Source: a virus
Taxonomy: Duplodnaviria > Caudoviricetes
Direction: 5' to 3' (one strand)
IMG/VR virus record: IMGVR_UViG_3300020419_000016
Location: 1-61,769 of that record
DNA: 61,769 bases
Part shown: positions 58,224 to 61,769 of the stretch, piece by piece
Layout of the letters: the number at the start of each line of letters is the position of its first letter
Position numbering within the stretch: position 1 is the first letter of the stretch
Notes under the pieces: generated by a model
What the model saw: only the letters and a program-made list of their open reading frames with translations
The model's database searches: none
What the model was told of the DNA's origin: nothing
Position numbers and translations under genes: made by a program

Positions 58224-58580
58224 ATGGCAATAACAACAAATCAATTAACATTAACACAATTAGACGCATTAACTGTACCTTCTGATAAAACATATGCAAT
58301 TACAAATGTATTAGTATGTAACACATATAGTCCAAGTGGCGGAAGTGCTGCAACTAGAGGTGCAAATTTTACAATGCATATTATTCCTTCAGGAAGTGCA
58401 TTAAACAATAACGTAACTTGTGTTGTTAAAGAGTTAACATTACCTGCAGGAGAAACTTTTACATTTGATTCAGAAAGAATTATTTTAGAAACAGGTGATA
58501 AACTTACTTTTACAGCTTCTCCAGATCAAGGTTCAGGAAACACAGATTTAGCGTGTACAGTTAGTTATATGGAAGTATAA
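58224..58580 (+). CDS. Small beta-rich virion protein
   Basis: YAITNVLVCN...LPAGETFTF...IILETGDKL...VSYMEV; AAGGA RBS. Confidence 0.6.
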   Translation: MAITTNQLTLTQLDALTVPSDKTYAITNVLVCNTYSPSGGSAATRGANFTMHIIPSGSALNNNVTCVVKELTLPAGETFTFDSERIILETGDKLTFTASPDQGSGNTDLACTVSYMEV

Positions 58581-58581
58581 G

Positions 58582-59253
58582 ATGCGTTTACTTAAAGGTC
58601 AAAATACTAACCAACGTAACGTATACGGCAGAGGTGTACAAGTAGATACATTAGATCAAGTAATTGCTGAAAGTACAAATTCAATTCGTGTGCCTATGGG
58701 TACAACAGCTCAAAGACCTACTACTCCAGCTAACGGACAAATTAGATATAATACTTCAAATAATAAATTTGAAGGATACGAAAATTCAGCGTGGAGAAAC
58801 TTACGATATGCTGAACCATTTCCAACAGGTATTATTCAACAAAGTTTAGGAAACGGGGATGCAACTGCTGTTTGTTTTGGACCGTTGAATTCACAAGATA
58901 CAAATCAAGTTGCTCCGGCAGCAGCCCAAAATGTAATTGTTCTTGTTGAAAATGTCTTTCAGTTAGCAACAACAAACTACACTATGGTACAGAATCCATC
59001 TGCAGCAACAGGAACTGGTTCAGAAGTTACTGCTGGTTCTTTCCAAGTAAGTACAGAATACAAAATTGTAACAGTTGGCACAACAGACTTTACAACTATT
59101 GGTGCCAGTGCAAATACTGTAGACACAGTATTCACAGCTACAGGAGCTGGTACAGGAAATGGTACAGCAAGACCAACCGGATATTATCTAGTATTTACAT
59201 CAGCACCTGATGCAGGTAAACCAGTAACTGCCCTACATAACTTCGATAAGTAA
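58582..59253 (+). CDS. Tail-fibre-associated protein
   Basis: VPMGTTAQRP...GQIRYNTSNNKFEGY fibre motif. Confidence 0.65.
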   Translation: MRLLKGQNTNQRNVYGRGVQVDTLDQVIAESTNSIRVPMGTTAQRPTTPANGQIRYNTSNNKFEGYENSAWRNLRYAEPFPTGIIQQSLGNGDATAVCFGPLNSQDTNQVAPAAAQNVIVLVENVFQLATTNYTMVQNPSAATGTGSEVTAGSFQVSTEYKIVTVGTTDFTTIGASANTVDTVFTATGAGTGNGTARPTGYYLVFTSAPDAGKPVTALHNFDK

Positions 59254-59256
59254 ACC

Positions 59257-59264
59257 TATAAATA
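59257..59264 (+). promoter_or_regulatory. T4-like late promoter (TATAAATA)
   Basis: Exact consensus upstream of the AGGAG RBS of the gene starting at 59283. Confidence 0.75.
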
Positions 59265-59282
59265 CTGTATAGGAGATATAGT

Positions 59283-60752
59283 ATGGCCGTAGGTAGAATA
59301 TCGGGACCTCTTTTAAAAGCTAATTTAGAACGTAACGGAGTTGATTTAGACTTTCGTAATCAACCCTCTGACACTCCTTTATTATTTTTTGATGTCAGCA
59401 CAAGTAGATTAGGTGTTAAAAAAGATGCACCTGCTACTGATTTAGATATTATTGGTGCAAGTATGCGTACTAGTGACTTACAAGTATCAGCAAATAACAC
59501 TCAAATAGCAAATTATACCTTGAATGGTAATAATTTACAAGTTTCAACAGGAAATATTTTGTTTAATGCGGCAGAGGCAATTAGAGCAACTACAATCGAA
59601 ACAGATAATATTAGAATTACTGACAATACAATTTCTACATTTAATAGTAATGCTAGTTTTGACATTACTCCAAATGGCACAGGAAGAGTTGAAGCATATT
59701 CGGATATGAAAATTTTTGGAAATTTAGATACTCCACAAACAGTAACTATGGGTGGCAATATAACTATAGGAGATAATGGATCAGACACTATTGATTTCAA
59801 CACTGAATTTACAAGTGACCTAACTCCTGATGTTACTGATGTATCTAATTTAGGTAGTTCAGCGAATAAATGGAATAACATACAAACATTTAGATTGAAC
59901 GGAGCTAAACTAGATACTCCAAACTTAAAAATAGAAACAAACTATATTACTACACAAGTTTCTAATTCAAACTTAGACCTAAGAGGTAATGCTAGTGGTA
60001 TAGTAAAATTAGAAGATTTAACTTTTGCAAATGAAACAATAAGCTCAACAACAGATATAGAAATAAGCAGAGATACTACTGTGGATACTACTGCTGCAAT
60101 GTACATTCCAACAGGCACAACTGCACAAAGAACTAGTGCAAATTCTGGAATAAGGTTTAATCATCAAACAACAAACTTTGAAGGCTATTACAATGGAAAT
60201 ATTATATTTGGCGGCGTATATTCAGATAACGCTCTAACTAATGTAGTTGCTCACCCAACAAACGATACAATTGGATTTACTGTAAATAATGTCAGTGTTG
60301 GTACTGTTAGTTCAACAGGCATAGCTGTACATGGACTACAAGTTGATGATATTAATATTGATGGGAGTATTATTAGCACATCTACAGATACAGATTTAAT
60401 ACTTGCTCCTGCCGGCACAGGGTCTAGTAAAGCAGTTAAAATTGATAATATATCAATCGGAGAAACTGTAGGAAGTCAGCAAATAAAAAGTGATAACAAT
60501 ATAATAGAGTTTGCTGTATCAGGATACGGAGCAAATAAATTTCCCGGCTCATATGCAGTAACAATTCCAGCAGGCGATACAGCCGCAAGACCTGTTAGTC
60601 CTCAACTAGGAGATACTAGATGGAATACGGAAAATAGTTTATTAGAAACTTATAACGGTAGTAATTATATAAGTGCTGCAGGTTCTGGCGGTGTTGTAAC
60701 TAGAGCAGAATACGACGACATTTTACTACAATTTACAATCTTACTAGGGTAA
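59283..60752 (+). CDS. Tail fibre protein
   Basis: Repeated NxISTxxSNxxLxLxPNGTG units and PxGxTAxRP...RxN motifs. Confidence 0.7.
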   Translation: MAVGRISGPLLKANLERNGVDLDFRNQPSDTPLLFFDVSTSRLGVKKDAPATDLDIIGASMRTSDLQVSANNTQIANYTLNGNNLQVSTGNILFNAAEAIRATTIETDNIRITDNTISTFNSNASFDITPNGTGRVEAYSDMKIFGNLDTPQTVTMGGNITIGDNGSDTIDFNTEFTSDLTPDVTDVSNLGSSANKWNNIQTFRLNGAKLDTPNLKIETNYITTQVSNSNLDLRGNASGIVKLEDLTFANETISSTTDIEISRDTTVDTTAAMYIPTGTTAQRTSANSGIRFNHQTTNFEGYYNGNIIFGGVYSDNALTNVVAHPTNDTIGFTVNNVSVGTVSSTGIAVHGLQVDDINIDGSIISTSTDTDLILAPAGTGSSKAVKIDNISIGETVGSQQIKSDNNIIEFAVSGYGANKFPGSYAVTIPAGDTAARPVSPQLGDTRWNTENSLLETYNGSNYISAAGSGGVVTRAEYDDILLQFTILLG

Positions 60753-60766
60753 TAATCTATAAAAAC

Positions 60767-60885
60767 GATAAATATTGTTAATAGAATATGACCAATGTTT
60801 TATTCACAAACCGCGGTTAACCAGCGATGGGGTAGGTCCAAATTGGTTAGAGGCACGCTAATGATGCCCGTATTGAGGAGAAAAG
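60767..60885 (+). promoter_or_regulatory. Late promoter (GATAAATA, 60767-60774) plus a long structured 5' leader
   Basis: TGACCAAT/ATTGGTTA long-range helix, AACCGCGGTT palindrome and GGCA/TGCC hairpin before the GAGGAG RBS. Confidence 0.5.
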
Positions 60886-61769
60886 ATGGCTGTTGGTCGC
60901 ATATCCGGTCCGCTCTTAAAGTCGAATTTAGTTCGTAATGGAATTGATTTAGCTTTTGAGACCGACCTTTTATATCTAGATGTTAATAATTCACGTCTCG
61001 GCGTTAAAACAAGTTCACCTCAATATGACTTGGACGTAAACGGAACTACTAAAACTACAAATTTAGTTGCTACTACAGCAACAATTTCCGATATAAATTT
61101 TTCAAATAACACAATTAGTACAACAAGTAACTATTTAAATCTAGGTACACTTGATGATGTAATATATCAAAACAAACTATCTATCGATGCAATTGATATA
61201 GAAGGTAACACAATTAGAACTAATAATTCTAATGCTAATTTAGAATTTCGTCCTAATGGTACAGGTAAAGTACATATACATTCTGATTTAAATGTTGATG
61301 GTAGCGTACATGTTACAGGTAACATTACAGCAGACGGAAATATTGTATTAGGTGATGATGATACAGATTCAATTACTATTAATTCTGAAATTGCAAGTGA
61401 TTTAATACCAGATATAACTGATACATATAATCTAGGTAATGTAAGTAAAAGATGGAATAATTCTTGGATTAATAATGTAAACACTACTGAAGCAAATATA
61501 GGCGATGTGCAAATTAGAGATAATTATATTACTTCGTCAGCATCTAACGCTAATTTAGAATTACGAGCAAGCGGTGCAGGATCAATTGTAGTTGATTCTA
61601 TAAGTATTAATGGAAGTACAATAGCTTCAACTGTTGACTTAATATTACAGCCGGGTACGGCAAAAGATGTTAATTTTAGTTCAACAGGAGCACTAAAACT
61701 ACCAACAGGTACAACTGCACAAAGACCTACAGCGTCTAGAGGAAAAACAAGATATAATACAGATTTAAA
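60886..61769 (+). CDS. Tail fibre protein, paralogue of 59283-60752, truncated at the window edge
   Basis: Not in the ORF track. ATG at 60886 with a GAGGAG RBS: MAVGRISGPLLKSNLVRNGIDLAFETDLLYLDVNNSRLGVKTSSP...; open to the end of the window. Confidence 0.85.
   Translation, partial: MAVGRISGPLLKSNLVRNGIDLAFETDLLYLDVNNSRLGVKTSSPQYDLDVNGTTKTTNLVATTATISDINFSNNTISTTSNYLNLGTLDDVIYQNKLSIDAIDIEGNTIRTNNSNANLEFRPNGTGKVHIHSDLNVDGSVHVTGNITADGNIVLGDDDTDSITINSEIASDLIPDITDTYNLGNVSKRWNNSWINNVNTTEANIGDVQIRDNYITSSASNANLELRASGAGSIVVDSISINGSTIASTVDLILQPGTAKDVNFSSTGALKLPTGTTAQRPTASRGKTRYNTDL

Noticed and set aside
59283-61000. Diversity-generating retroelement template/variable repeat pair or invertible fibre cassette between the two MAVGRISGPLLK genes
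   Set aside because: Differences are mostly synonymous and not adenine-specific; no reverse transcriptase, invertase or flanking inverted repeats. This is ordinary old paralogy.
4459-61484. The many other 60-120-aa ORFs nested in or antisense to long genes in the track
   Set aside because: They are fully overlapped by well-supported genes, have shadow-like composition and lack translation signals.
1-61769. Stop-codon reassignment as seen in some large phages
   Set aside because: Core genes and a 15.5-kb ORF are intact in the standard code, and TAA, TAG and TGA all end genes at sensible positions.

Overview
This window is a fragment of a large, AT-rich T4-like myovirus genome read in the standard genetic code. 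Left arm (1-38504, all minus strand): a radical SAM, 2OG-Fe(II) oxygenase and glycosyltransferase cluster behind a perfect sigma70 promoter; paralogous tail-fibre or virion genes; a 5184-aa giant baseplate-associated protein; and a contractile baseplate module (gp6, gp25, PAAR, gp5, gp27-like hub, gp53-like, tube initiator). Right arm (mostly plus strand): gp55 late sigma factor, gp47/gp46, a small GIY-YIG nuclease, gp26/gp51-like tail chaperones, a tape-measure-like gene, the head module (gp20, acidic core protein, gp21, gp22, gp23), a second radical SAM gene and more fibre genes. The most notable signals outside the protein annotation are: (1) an ornate ~400-nt structured element directly behind the GIY-YIG gene (42917-43320); (2) a stand-alone ~250-nt structured RNA with its own sigma70 promoter and terminator (55473-55720); (3) a predicted -1 programmed frameshift (T TTT TTC plus a stem 6 nt downstream) fusing the gp26-like and gp51-like ORFs; (4) a set of NATAAATA late promoters, three placed to give leaderless mRNAs, plus two overlapping promoter pairs; (5) glycosyltransferases together with poly-Ser tails on virion proteins, suggesting virion glycosylation. 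All family assignments come from motif recognition by eye, and all folds from manual base pairing; no database search or folding program was run.
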